Positions 1 to 10,000 are shown, counted from the stretch's first letter. The stretch: 64,000 nt of DNA from Chloroflexota bacterium (GCA_963663275.1 OY760183.1:1184001-1248000), one strand, 5' to 3'. Numbers and translations are program-made. Notes: generated by a model from the sequence alone, not told the origin.

Positions 1-2
1 TG

Positions 3-308
3 AGATTTGGGACGGGAGACGTTTCTGAGCAAGTCGTGCTCTGCACGATTGGGATCTTCGGCGTGCTACTCTCGGTGTCGTGGCTTGGCGTGCTTCACTC
101 CTATCGCCAACTCAATTCAGAAAAGTTCCGCGTGTTGCACGAGTTGGAGAAGGAACTAGCCTTTCCGTTCTTTACGAAAGAGTGGGACCCGGCTGAAGAG
201 GGGGAGAAGAGCAACCGCTACTGGCGGTTGACAAAGGTTGAACGGTCACTGCCGCTCATATTCGGCCTACTCTTCTTGGGACTTCTCGCCTATTCGTTCT
301 TCCAGTAG
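3..308 (+). CDS. Small integral membrane protein, 5'-truncated by the window; resembles the 'RipA-family octameric membrane protein' type found in defence loci
   Basis: Frame open from position 3. TM-W..SYRQLNSEKF.V..ELEK.L...F..EW-loop-TM pattern, recognised from memory of the family. Confidence 0.6.
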   Translation, partial: RFGTGDVSEQVVLCTIGIFGVLLSVSWLGVLHSYRQLNSEKFRVLHELEKELAFPFFTKEWDPAEEGEKSNRYWRLTKVERSLPLIFGLLFLGLLAYSFFQ

Positions 309-416
309 TTCTGGCTGTCCCCTGTTTTCGCCTCGGCGGCAGTCGTAGCACGCCAAAGTACACTCTTTGTCTAGGTAGCCAAAGTAGCCGGATGCGACGA
401 AGCGCCCGCGTCTCAC

Positions 417-788
417 TCAAGGCCGAGCCAGGCGCTTCTTCAGGTTATTCCACTTCCAGGCCACGACTTCGCCCGCGCCGTCGATCGGCTTCGGACACTG
501 CCTCTGCTTCCGCAATTGGAAGCGCTTCTTGCCAATCCGCTTCGCCATCTTCACCTCCCGCCGCACTCCTTGGGCTTGGTGCGTGTGCTCGCCCAGCAGC
601 ACGATGAATACCTGGCAGCGTTTAATTGCCGCCCGCGCCTTTTGCTGCCACTCGGGTGTCGCTTGCTGCAGAGACATGTCATTGATTGAGAAAGGGGAAT
701 CCGGCAGTTTCGATTGCCCAATGAGCGTGTCCTTCAGTTCCGCGTCATGATCGTAGTCGAAGCTGACGAATACTCTGGTCTTTGCCAT
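417..788 (-). CDS. Stand-alone TIR-domain protein (ThsB/MTH538-like, DUF1863)
   Basis: RVFVSFDYDHD start, FIVLLGEHT strand and GVRREV with putative catalytic Glu; RBS GGAG upstream. Confidence 0.85.
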   Translation of the reverse strand: MAKTRVFVSFDYDHDAELKDTLIGQSKLPDSPFSINDMSLQQATPEWQQKARAAIKRCQVFIVLLGEHTHQAQGVRREVKMAKRIGKKRFQLRKQRQCPKPIDGAGEVVAWKWNNLKKRLARP

Positions 789-894
789 GGTGAAGTGTCA
801 CTCCTGACTGCAGACTGCTGCCTGACGACGCCAACTTGAGCATACACCTTGACGATAAGAGCATCGCCACGGCGCACGTAAAGTGTCAGTTTCC

Positions 895-1389
895 TTAGTC
901 CGTGAATAGTTTCAATTGCGTTCCAATTTCAGCGTTGGCCTTTGCCCTGGACAAATGACGACACCCCGACCAACTGTCTTCACAAGGCTCCATGCTTACC
1001 GCAAGATCAGTTCTCTGTTCCCCGTCGATTACCACCTGCCCGTCAATCTTCGTCGTCGTGCGCATGGCAGACGCCAAGCTGCGATAACGTCTTGGCAGCA
1101 CGTGTTCAACTCCATCTGGCGCGCGAAGGTGCGCGTGATAGTGGGGTGGAGGCGGAATTCCCCTCGGGTTGCTTTCCGTTGCAAACTCGTAACGGCACGC
1201 CGCCGGACTGTCTTCACACGGCTCCATGCTTATTGTATAATCATCTCTCTTCACACCATCAATACTTACACACCCTTGAATTCGACTCACTGAACGCATG
1301 GCTGATGCCAAACTGCGAAATTGCGCAGGCAATACACGCTCAGTACCGTCCGGCGCGCGAAGATGCGCGTGGTAGTGGGTAGCGGGCAT
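895..1389 (-). CDS. Hypothetical protein with two tandem copies of a ~65-aa HxHxH...Cx6C domain
   Basis: GGAGG RBS before ATG at 1389. HYHAHLRAPDG...RSLASAMR...IDG...SMEPCEDS...CR occurs twice, 234 nt apart. Confidence 0.75.
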   Translation of the reverse strand: MPATHYHAHLRAPDGTERVLPAQFRSLASAMRSVSRIQGCVSIDGVKRDDYTISMEPCEDSPAACRYEFATESNPRGIPPPPHYHAHLRAPDGVEHVLPRRYRSLASAMRTTTKIDGQVVIDGEQRTDLAVSMEPCEDSWSGCRHLSRAKANAEIGTQLKLFTD

Positions 1390-1471
1390 ATTGTACCTCC
1401 AATCGTGTCTATACAATTAGACCGACTAGACTGACTCACGGCATGATGGGCAGTTATCCATTACTTCTCGG

Positions 1472-1545
1472 CCCATGTGGGACGTGACGTCGTAGCTGAT
1501 GGTAAAGCCCAATTCCTTGTCGGTGAAGGCGTAGTGTTGAGCAAA
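1472..1545 (-). pseudogene. Degenerate duplicate of the methyltransferase 3' end
   Basis: Translates FAQHYAFTDKELGFTISYDVTSHMG versus MTase LAEHYGITDEELDFIINYDIKYRMG. Ungapped match to 2617-2690, about 54/74 nt by hand count. Confidence 0.85.
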
Positions 1546-1552
1546 AGAAGAA

Positions 1553-2581
1553 TTACAATTGCGATAACTCATCCAGGAAGTCTTGCTTCTGCCGCATCGT
1601 GAATACGCGGCAGTTGTATTCCTGATCAAGATGGGTCTGCTTAATCAATTCGGCAAAGTAACTCTCGGTGGCGAGCATGTCTGCGTATGGTAGGACTAGC
1701 GCGGTGATATGAAAGTCGGCCATTTGAGAGGGCTCAGGCTCGTCGTCATGGTAACTCAGGATATCCTTCGCTCTAAGTTTGGCGAAAATCGAGATGAATG
1801 GCGTGTTTGAAAACTGGCAAGATTCTAGGAACATCTCAATCCCGTCACCCTGATTGCAAATCCACTCCAATTCATAGTATCGGCGCAAGGCTTCCTTGCC
1901 TACTTCAGTAAAGAGAGGTTCGTATTGAGAAGTCTTGAAAAACCCTCGCTGGACAGCATCAGTCACTCCAAAGTGTAGCTCTCTGAACATTTGAACGCGG
2001 CCTAGTCTAACCGCTTCTTCATAGCTGTGCCCCTCTTTCCATACCTCGCCCTTGAACTTACGGGAAAGGGAAGTTTGGATGCCGTCTCGCGTTTGTTTCG
2101 CTTCCTTACTATACTCGACCATTATGGGATGCTCTCTGCTGCTGATATCAGGTGACTGTTGCACCGAAATGTCGGGATCCCTGTTGAAGGGGACATACCA
2201 CCAAGGAGTACGTGGTACATCCTGCCCGGCGAATTCTGAGGCCGCCGCTAGAAGCTGTTTGTGGTTGACATGAATGTATGAGTTGAATGACAAGCCACGG
2301 CTGAGCGTGCCAACGACAAAGGAAATTGGGGCGCGTAGCTTGGGACTGAATGAGGCCTCTCTATGATGAAATTCTGAAGTTGGGCAGGCGAACTTGCCAT
2401 TAGATACTCCAGTATGTAGAGCCGAGGACAGATGACTATAGAAGGCGCTATCTTTGCTGAGCCGACCGATGATCTGCGACTTTGTAATCTCGCTGATCCA
2501 GTTCTGATCGAGATAGACAATGGGTTTCTTACCGCGTCGCTGCATTAGAAGCCTCTCTTTCGTAGGCTGATCCAATTTCAA
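1553..2581 (-). CDS. Hypothetical protein, PIN-like fold with large insertion
   Basis: N-terminal VYLDQN, HHREA, C-terminal DFHITALVLPYADMLATE. Lower GC than the core. Start may be ATG 2545. Confidence 0.6.
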   Translation of the reverse strand: MKLDQPTKERLLMQRRGKKPIVYLDQNWISEITKSQIIGRLSKDSAFYSHLSSALHTGVSNGKFACPTSEFHHREASFSPKLRAPISFVVGTLSRGLSFNSYIHVNHKQLLAAASEFAGQDVPRTPWWYVPFNRDPDISVQQSPDISSREHPIMVEYSKEAKQTRDGIQTSLSRKFKGEVWKEGHSYEEAVRLGRVQMFRELHFGVTDAVQRGFFKTSQYEPLFTEVGKEALRRYYELEWICNQGDGIEMFLESCQFSNTPFISIFAKLRAKDILSYHDDEPEPSQMADFHITALVLPYADMLATESYFAELIKQTHLDQEYNCRVFTMRQKQDFLDELSQL

Positions 2582-2597
2582 TGATACCCCTAAGTGG

Positions 2598-5500
2598 TCA
2601 ATTGATGTTCGTTCTTCCCATGCGGTACTTAATGTCGTAGTTGATGATGAAGTCTAGCTCTTCGTCGGTGATGCCGTAGTGCTCCGCCAAGACCTTGTCA
2701 AGCTTGTCGATTATAGCCTTGCTCTGACGGGGGAATGTCTGTTGTATTGTTAGTTTGCCTTGCTTCTTCAGTTCCGACTTAGCCTTCATGTCTTCCATCA
2801 GTTCGTGCGCTATGATTGACAGTCTCTCTAGTCGGCCAGTGTCAGCAGTATCGAACCTTATCATTCTCACTTCGCGCTGATTGAGGTTCCTGCAATCTGA
2901 GAAGCACTGCACCATCCAGGAAAACAGGGATGTATTCAGAATACCAAGCGCCCCATCTCTAATCAAAGCACTTTCGAAACAGACTTCCTTCAGTTCACTC
3001 GGCTTACGTAGCTTCCCCTTCGTATCGTAGATTGCGGGTATGAAATTGAGTATCTGGAGAAAGTGGCTAAGTTTCCTTGTGTACCAAAGGGAGTGCTGTT
3101 GTGAACTCGTTCTCGATTGTTGAGGAACCACCGGAAAACGACTAACTTTGCGGAGTATGGAAGCCTCCAAAGCATGACCAATCTTGGCAATGCCGGCGTC
3201 ATTGCTGACGCGCGTAGAGTCAATGAACGCCAAATCGTGAAAGAGGTATTGGCGGGCATCGGTGCGCCACTTGTTGTAAACCGTCGCAAATGACCTTCTG
3301 GGCCTTGCGCCCTTATCGACAAGGATGATCTGCAGCCGGTTGTGGGGCATCCCATCGAACAGTCTGCCCGGATTGTCGCTGTAACTACTAACGACCACGT
3401 TGCCTGCGTCCATCAGCAGCTTACGCAGCGAAGCGTACCCATCAGTGCACACGGCAGAGGCAGGCACAATCATGCCAAGATGCCCATTAGTTGCGAGATT
3501 GAGCGAGCGCTCCCATGTCATCGCGTAGAGATTGCCGCAAACCTCCGTTTCAAGTCCTCGTACAGAATAGTCACTCTTCACCTTGCTGTACTCCACGTAC
3601 GGTGGGTTCCCGATCACCACGTCGAAGCCGCCTTTGCTCATGATGCCGTAGAACTCGGTGAACCAGTGGAAGGGTTGGTGGCTGGCGCGCCAAGGGGTGT
3701 AGGCGGTGGGTTTGTGGGGAGCGATGCCGTACTCGGCGGCCAGGAGGCGGTCCAGTTCGTCGTCCAGGCGTTGGAGGCGGTCGCGGAGGGCCTGCTTAGC
3801 GGCGGCGGTCACCTCCCCGCCGAGCGTGGTCTGCTGCCGGCGGAACTGGTTGAAAGCCGCGCTGGCGATCTCGGCCTCTTCTTCGATGCGGGCCAGGGCG
3901 GCGCGGTCTTCATCGAACATGGCGCGGCGTTGGCCGTCCGGCGTGATAGTCATGGCTTGGCGCACGGCGTCCAGGGAGGTGAAGCCCACCAGCGTGTTGC
4001 CGGCGCGGACGTTGAAATCCACGTCCGGCAGCGGCTCGATCTGGTCGTAGCGTTCCAGTTGGGCCACCAGTTTCAGGAAGAGGCGCAGTTTGCAGATTTC
4101 CACCGCTTCTTCCATGATGTCCACGCCGTAGAGGTTGTTCAGCACGATTGACTTGAGGATGAAGTACCGCTGGCTGGGATGCTTCTCCACCTGCGCCAGG
4201 ATGCGGCGGAAGTCCCTCAGGTGCTCCGGGCTGCGCTTGCGCTCGGACCTCTCGGCGTCGTCCAGGAAGCCGCGCATCCCCTCCAGGCAGGCGGTGTAGA
4301 GCGGCTCCAGCACGTTCAGGGCGGCGAACAGGAACGCGCCGGAACCGCAGGTGGGATCCAGCACGGAGATTCCGGTGTGGGTGCGTTCGCGGTTGCCATA
4401 GAGCGCGTGCCAGAAGGCGCGCAATAGCTCCGGCCCCTCGCTCTGGGCGATGACGTCCCGGGCGAACCGCTCCACGTCCAGGTTGAGGGTGATGAGGTCG
4501 TTGACCCCGGTGACCTCGCCGGCGGCCAATTTGCCCCTGACCTCCGCGTGGCGCTGGCGGCGGGCGATGACCTCGCGCCAGGTCTCGGTGGGCAGGGCGT
4601 AGTCGTCGGGCGCGGGTTGGTTCCAGTCGCCGCGTTTGGCAACGTCGTGGATGCCGGCGGCGATTTCTTGCGGCAGGGCGTAGGCAAAGCCGCGGTCGTT
4701 GTCACCCTCACCCCGGCCCTCTCCCTCAGAGGGAGAGGGAGTGGAATTGGGAGCGGAAGTGGGAGAACCCTTGTTGGCAGTGGGAGAGGCAGAAGATTCG
4801 AGGCGGGTGGGGTTCTGGGCGTCGCGGGCGTTCCAGGTGATGCCGTGGCCGACGGCGGGGTAGATGTAGCGATCGGGATCGTCGCGCAGCATGCGCCAGA
4901 CGCCGCCGTCCTCGCCAAACGCCACCGGACACTCCCGCTTGGCGGCGTCGAAGAGGAAAGGGACGACCGTGTTGCGCGCAATGTAGCCGGTGATGTCCTC
5001 TTTGGTGTAGTACGCGCCCATCTGCTTCTGGTTGACGTACTTCTCGAAGATGTAACCCAGCACGTCGGGGTTGATCTCGTTGTCCTCCCGGTGGGGCCGC
5101 TCGTCCAGATGCCAGCGGTAGGCGTCGAAGAAGGCGAAGACCCGCTCGAAGGCGGCGTCCGGGATGGCGATGCCGGGGTTGTCGCGCTCCAGGTCGTGCA
5201 CGTCGAAGAGGCCGCCGTTCAGAAAAGGTACTCTGCCCAGCAGGGCGGTGAGTTCCGGCGCGCGCTGGGCTTCGGGCTGGCCGAGACCTTCGTGGAACAG
5301 GCGCAAGAGAAAGAGGCGGTAGAAACGGTGGAAACGCCTGCCGCCACGCGCTTCGACAGGCTCAGCGCGAACGGATTGGGAGTCAGGCTCGGCGCGAGCG
5401 GAATGGGGATCGGGAGACCCGTGGGCAGGCTCGGCGGGAGCGGATTGGGGATCGGAAGACCCTTCGGCAGGTTCGGCGCGACCGGAATTGGCCTCAGGGG

Positions 5501-6281
5501 GAACGGCATAGCCCGCGAGGAGATCGGGAACCAGGGAACCATGCATGGGCGCGTTGCCCGCGGCCGGTTCGGGAGCGGCGGGAAGCGCCTGCACCGCTTG
5601 CAGTTTTCGGCGCAGGTAGTCCGGGTCGCCGTCCAGGAAGCGTTGCTTCTGGATGAAGTAGACGAACATCATGCGGTTGAGCATCAGCGACGCGTACCAG
5701 TCGCGGTCGACGCGGGCCGTGATGCCTTCGATGAAGTCGCTGAAGGCGGTCAGTTCTTTTCTGAATTGTTCGTAGAAGCGTTTGGTGACCTTCTCCACGT
5801 CGAACGTGCCGCGGACGCGGGAGCTAACCTCGGCGATGCCTAGCCCCCGGGCTTCGTCCTCCAGGTCGAAGGCAATGGCCTGGAGGCGTTGGAGCAGGGA
5901 TTCGCCGCTCTGCCCCGCGTGGAACTGCTGCTCACGGCAGGCGGTAGGCTTGCCGTTCTCGCGCTTGACCCACTGCCAGACCTGCGTGGTCTGCTCATCG
6001 TCAACGAAGATGACCAGGTGCTCGAAGGCGCTCTTGGCGGCCTGGACTTCAATCTTTCGCCGCACCGGGTACGGCGGCACCGCGCCGTCCGGGCCCGGCG
6101 CGCACGTGAAGACGACGAAGCCGGCCTTCTCCGCCACCGGCCGGAGAGCGTAGCCGAAACCATCCACTTCCACCATCACAGGGGCGGCCTCATAGTGGTT
6201 CCAGCCCAGGCCTTCCACAAAGAGGCTCGGGAAATCGAAATCCTGGAGGTAAGGGCGGAGTTCGTTGATACCGACTTGCAT
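2598..6281 (-). CDS. Large N6-adenine DNA methyltransferase with C-terminal target recognition domain (Eco57I/type IIG-like)
   Basis: LDPTCGSGAFL (motif I), GVDI, GFDVVIGNPPY (motif IV), GAYYT, PFLNGGLF. Confidence 0.92.
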   Translation of the reverse strand: MQVGINELRPYLQDFDFPSLFVEGLGWNHYEAAPVMVEVDGFGYALRPVAEKAGFVVFTCAPGPDGAVPPYPVRRKIEVQAAKSAFEHLVIFVDDEQTTQVWQWVKRENGKPTACREQQFHAGQSGESLLQRLQAIAFDLEDEARGLGIAEVSSRVRGTFDVEKVTKRFYEQFRKELTAFSDFIEGITARVDRDWYASLMLNRMMFVYFIQKQRFLDGDPDYLRRKLQAVQALPAAPEPAAGNAPMHGSLVPDLLAGYAVPPEANSGRAEPAEGSSDPQSAPAEPAHGSPDPHSARAEPDSQSVRAEPVEARGGRRFHRFYRLFLLRLFHEGLGQPEAQRAPELTALLGRVPFLNGGLFDVHDLERDNPGIAIPDAAFERVFAFFDAYRWHLDERPHREDNEINPDVLGYIFEKYVNQKQMGAYYTKEDITGYIARNTVVPFLFDAAKRECPVAFGEDGGVWRMLRDDPDRYIYPAVGHGITWNARDAQNPTRLESSASPTANKGSPTSAPNSTPSPSEGEGRGEGDNDRGFAYALPQEIAAGIHDVAKRGDWNQPAPDDYALPTETWREVIARRQRHAEVRGKLAAGEVTGVNDLITLNLDVERFARDVIAQSEGPELLRAFWHALYGNRERTHTGISVLDPTCGSGAFLFAALNVLEPLYTACLEGMRGFLDDAERSERKRSPEHLRDFRRILAQVEKHPSQRYFILKSIVLNNLYGVDIMEEAVEICKLRLFLKLVAQLERYDQIEPLPDVDFNVRAGNTLVGFTSLDAVRQAMTITPDGQRRAMFDEDRAALARIEEEAEIASAAFNQFRRQQTTLGGEVTAAAKQALRDRLQRLDDELDRLLAAEYGIAPHKPTAYTPWRASHQPFHWFTEFYGIMSKGGFDVVIGNPPYVEYSKVKSDYSVRGLETEVCGNLYAMTWERSLNLATNGHLGMIVPASAVCTDGYASLRKLLMDAGNVVVSSYSDNPGRLFDGMPHNRLQIILVDKGARPRRSFATVYNKWRTDARQYLFHDLAFIDSTRVSNDAGIAKIGHALEASILRKVSRFPVVPQQSRTSSQQHSLWYTRKLSHFLQILNFIPAIYDTKGKLRKPSELKEVCFESALIRDGALGILNTSLFSWMVQCFSDCRNLNQREVRMIRFDTADTGRLERLSIIAHELMEDMKAKSELKKQGKLTIQQTFPRQSKAIIDKLDKVLAEHYGITDEELDFIINYDIKYRMGRTNIN
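4705..4739. repeat. Family A palindrome, in frame inside the MTase
   Basis: ccctcaccccggccctctccctcagagggagaggg; encodes PSPSEGEGRGEG. Confidence 0.85.
5345..5490. repeat. Family F repeat (cttcgacaggctcagcgcgaacgg) plus ~42-bp tandem derivatives, in frame inside the MTase
   Basis: Encodes AEPAEGSSDPQSAP-AEPAHGSPDPHSAR-AEPDSQSVR-AEPVEA. Same motif is intergenic at 52.7 and 58.0 kb. Confidence 0.8.
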
Positions 6282-6298
6282 TGCAGGATCAATTGCTC

Positions 6299-6697
6299 TC
6301 AGAGGCGGCGCGCAGCGGGGAGGGAAGCCATCTTGCGATCCAGCGTGAGCGTCTCCAGCCCGTGGTGGGCGTAGTCATCGGTAATTAGCTTGTCCAAGAG
6401 GCCGGGCCCTCCAGAGGCGACCAGGGCTTCGATTATGGGTTGCCCGTTCAGCGGGACAACCAAGCCACTGGTGAGGGTATTGCGGAGTTCAGCGCGGGCG
6501 TCTTCCTTTGTGGCGCCGTAGTGGTGTTGGGCTGCCATGTATGCCTCGCCAATTACCTGGTTGGACGCAACAATCTCGGCGCCGCCTGCGGCCAGCGCGC
6601 TCAACTGTTCCACGCAGTACGCGTACGTGTCGGGAGGTCGGCCGGTTACCAACCGCAGAAGCACAGACGTGTCAATCCCGATACGCAGTCGGATCAT
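6299..6697 (-). CDS. vapC: PIN-domain (VapC-like) toxin
   Basis: IGIDTSVLLRL, VIGEA, LLDKLI, TLTLDRK; overlaps the upstream antitoxin. Confidence 0.85.
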   Translation of the reverse strand: MIRLRIGIDTSVLLRLVTGRPPDTYAYCVEQLSALAAGGAEIVASNQVIGEAYMAAQHHYGATKEDARAELRNTLTSGLVVPLNGQPIIEALVASGGPGLLDKLITDDYAHHGLETLTLDRKMASLPAARRL

Positions 6698-6956
6698 ACC
6701 CCTCGTCCCGGAACTTGCGGATGTCCAGCGGCTCGATGTTTGGGTCGATCTTGTCGCGCAGCGTGCCCAGTTTCGAATAGTCGATGCGCTTGGGCTTGGG
6801 CGCGCACCCTGCGGGGTCCTCGCGACTGGGCCTCAGCGTGTATCCGCCACCAGCGGCCTCCACCAACTCAAGCTGGTCGCCGGGGCCCACGCCCATGGCC
6901 TCCAACACGGGCTTGGGAAAGGTTACCTGGCCCTTGGCAGTGATCTTGACTATCAT
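6672..6956 (-). CDS. AbrB/MazE/SpoVT-family antitoxin
   Basis: KITAKGQVTFPKPVLEAMGVGPGDQLE; GGAGG RBS before ATG 6956. Confidence 0.88.
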   Translation of the reverse strand: MIVKITAKGQVTFPKPVLEAMGVGPGDQLELVEAAGGGYTLRPSREDPAGCAPKPKRIDYSKLGTLRDKIDPNIEPLDIRKFRDEGYDPTAYRD

Positions 6957-7030
6957 GTAAGTCCTCCTTAACGCTAGGCTATCACGGGATAGACGGCGCC
7001 GCAATGCGCCAGGCGCAAACCGGGCGTTCC

Positions 7031-10000
7031 CTATGCCTCGTCGCCGGCGAACAGCCCCAGGGAGCATATGATTTGCGGCTCTTGGCTCTCGTCATCGTTT
7101 TCGTCGCGCGTCAGGCAGAGACGGTCCGCCTCGTGCAGACCGATGACGATTTCGGCCAACTGCGCGTCGTCCACGCCGCTGCGGAGTTGCCGGTTCAAGG
7201 TATCCACAGCCGACGGGCGCAGAGGGTCATGGTAGATGTCGTCGATGGCCTTGTGCAGCGCGTCCACGTCGAACAACTGTCCCCTGATGGAGCCGGCGTA
7301 GGCCCTGAGCCGGGTGTAGGCGCGGAAGCGGGCGCCGGAGGGCCGCCCCAACTGGCCGCCGACTCGCTTTTCCTCCCTGACGGCGTGGGCGATACCCTCG
7401 GCCACCAGCCGGTGATGGTCCGGGTGGTGGGGTTGCGCGGGCGTATCCGCCCGGCACTCGGCGGCGGCCAGGATGGCGAGTTGCGATTCGGTGATGCTCT
7501 CGCCGCCGCGGTCAACGTAGGCCAGGGCGTCATTGCCGTCCGCGGTGCGCGTGAAGACCAGGACGCCCTCAGGCCGCTGGGCGATGGGCGTGTGCCGGCG
7601 CGAGGAGAAAACCACGTCCGGCAGGTCTTTGACGGCCTTTTCCAGGCGCGGGTCGGCGTTGATGGCGTTCTTCCAGATCTGGTAGGCGTGGGAGGCCAGG
7701 TCAACCTCGCCGTCGGGCTCGCCGTCCAGGATGCCGGCGCGTTCGTGGTAGAGGTTGAGGACGGCGTCGTCGTCGGCCTCGTCTTCGAAGAAGGCCTCGT
7801 CCGCGCCCACCACCTCGGCGTTCTCCTTGAGCCGTGCGCGCACGCGGCTGCGCAGGTCGATGATGCGCTCCACACCCTCCGCGGGCAGGAATGAATAGCA
7901 GAGTATGTCCTCCGCCCGCTGGCCGATGCGGTCCACGCGGCCGGCGCGCTGGATGAGGCGGATGATGGCCCACGGCAGGTCATAGTTCACCACAACGGAG
8001 CAATCTTGGAGATTTTGGCCCTCGCTCAGCACGTCGGTGGCGATGAGCACGCGCAGTTCGTCAGCTTCGGCCACGGCCTGCCGCTTGTCGTTGCTGACCG
8101 GGCTGAAGCGCCAGGCGAGTTGCGTGGGATCTTGGGCGCTGCCCGTCGCGCTCGCCATGGCGCCGATGCCTCTGGCGCTGAGTTTAGATTCCAGGTAGAG
8201 CACGGTGTCGGCGAATTGGGAAAAGACCAGCACCTTGCGGTCCGCTAACGTCTCGGTGAGGAGTGTGTGGAGCGCGTCCAGTTTAGCGTCGCGCGCCGGG
8301 TCCCACTCCCCGTTAGCGTGGAGGATGTCCACCAGAGCGTCGGCGTCCGACCGAAGGTCCCTCTCCAGGGAATCGAGGAAGAGATCGGAGCGGAGCCACT
8401 TGAAGCGCGTTTGGTACTGTTGCCTGTAGGCCGCGTAGACCTCAGCCGCGCGTTCCGCTAGGCCGGCCGCCGTCCAGGCGCCGGCGGTCTCCTGGATCTC
8501 CATGTCCTCCCGCTCGCCATCGTCCGCAGCGAAAAGCGATTCTGTTCCCTCGTCCGCGTCGGTCAATCGGAGGTCGAGCAGGGCGGCGTCCTGCGACCCA
8601 ACGGGAAGCGGCAGGCCGTGCTCGATGGCGTGGAGGAAGACGTAGTTGCGCAGCGCGTGCCGCTCCACCGACTGCATGAATGCCGCGCCGCTGCTCTCCA
8701 GACGCTTGAAGAGGTTCGTGCGGCAGAAGCCCATCAGCCGCTTGCCCGCGCGCGAAAGGTCGTCTAGCTGGCCGGATTCCTCTGTGCTGGGCGGGACTTC
8801 AGGGTTTGCCTTGAGATAGTTGCCAAGGCCGTAGCGAGGCAGGTGAAGTTCGTTGACGGTTGCCACAACTTCCTGCGAATAGAGCCTGGCAAATTGGTCG
8901 TTTGGGTCCGACTCATCGATGGTGAAGGCTACCGTCTTGGGCACGCGGGCCGGGAAGAAGGACCTGCTGCCGTCTTCATAGGTGAGGAAACTCCGCCCGG
9001 TAGCTTTGTCCGTTGCCGCGTAGTTGTCCTGGATAAAGCTGCGGGTGCGGCGCACCAGATAGAGCCGCATGAGGTCCCGCCAGTCATCGGGATGCTCGCT
9101 GTTGTCGAAGGCTGCCAATGAGTCCGGCTGGGCTTGGTGCAGTCTGTTGAACTCGATCGTGCCCACCTGGCGCAGATACCGTTCGGGCCGGATACCCAGA
9201 CTGGCATCGTCTTTCACGAAGAGGCGCAACTGGTTGGATAGGTCTTTGTAGGACTTATTGTAGGGTGTGGCCGAAAGCAGAATGCACTTGCTGTCATTGG
9301 CGCGAACGTACTCCTGGATGGCGCGGTAGCGCCGGCCCTCGCGGTTGCGGAGATTGTGGCTCTCGTCGATGATCACCAGCCGGTAGCGGCGTTCGTTTGG
9401 CAAGACGCTTTGCACGCTGCTCAGCGAGAGCGTCTTGGCCCGCAATCCATAGCGGTGCGCGTACTCTTGCCACATAGGCGCCAGGTTCTTGGGGCAGATG
9501 ATCAAGGTTTCCAGGTCGTAGTCGTCCTCGAAGATGCGGGCCACGGCGGTTGCCATGAGAGTCTTGCCCAGGCCCACCACGTCGCCGATGAGCACGCCGT
9601 TGCGTTTGTTCAGGTGATGCGCCGCAATCTTGACCGCAGCGGCCTGGAAGTCGAATAAGCGGTTGCCAAAGACCTTGGGAATGTTGAATTCGGCCAGGCC
9701 TGCCCGGGCCTCGTGGGAGAGGTGGTAGGCCATCTTGAGATAGATGTGGTAGGGAAGTATCAGTGCTTCTCTCGCCCAGCTATCTTCAATGATTTGAAGC
9801 AGTTCGCCCGTGATGTCTACGCAGAACCGGTCGTTCCACCTGTCCTCGAACCACTGCTTGAGCTTTACCGTGGCGTCTTGGTCGAGTACGTCAACGTTCA
9901 GTTCACCTTGGCCCGCCAGGCCGGCGAGGGTCAGGTTGCTGCTGCCCAGGAAGCCGATGATAGGGTTGACAGGATCATCGCGGTGCAGCAGGTAGAGCTT

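Noticed and set aside
5340-5585. Possible intein in the MTase
   Set aside because: No Cys/Ser start block or His-Asn end; the insert is repeat-derived.
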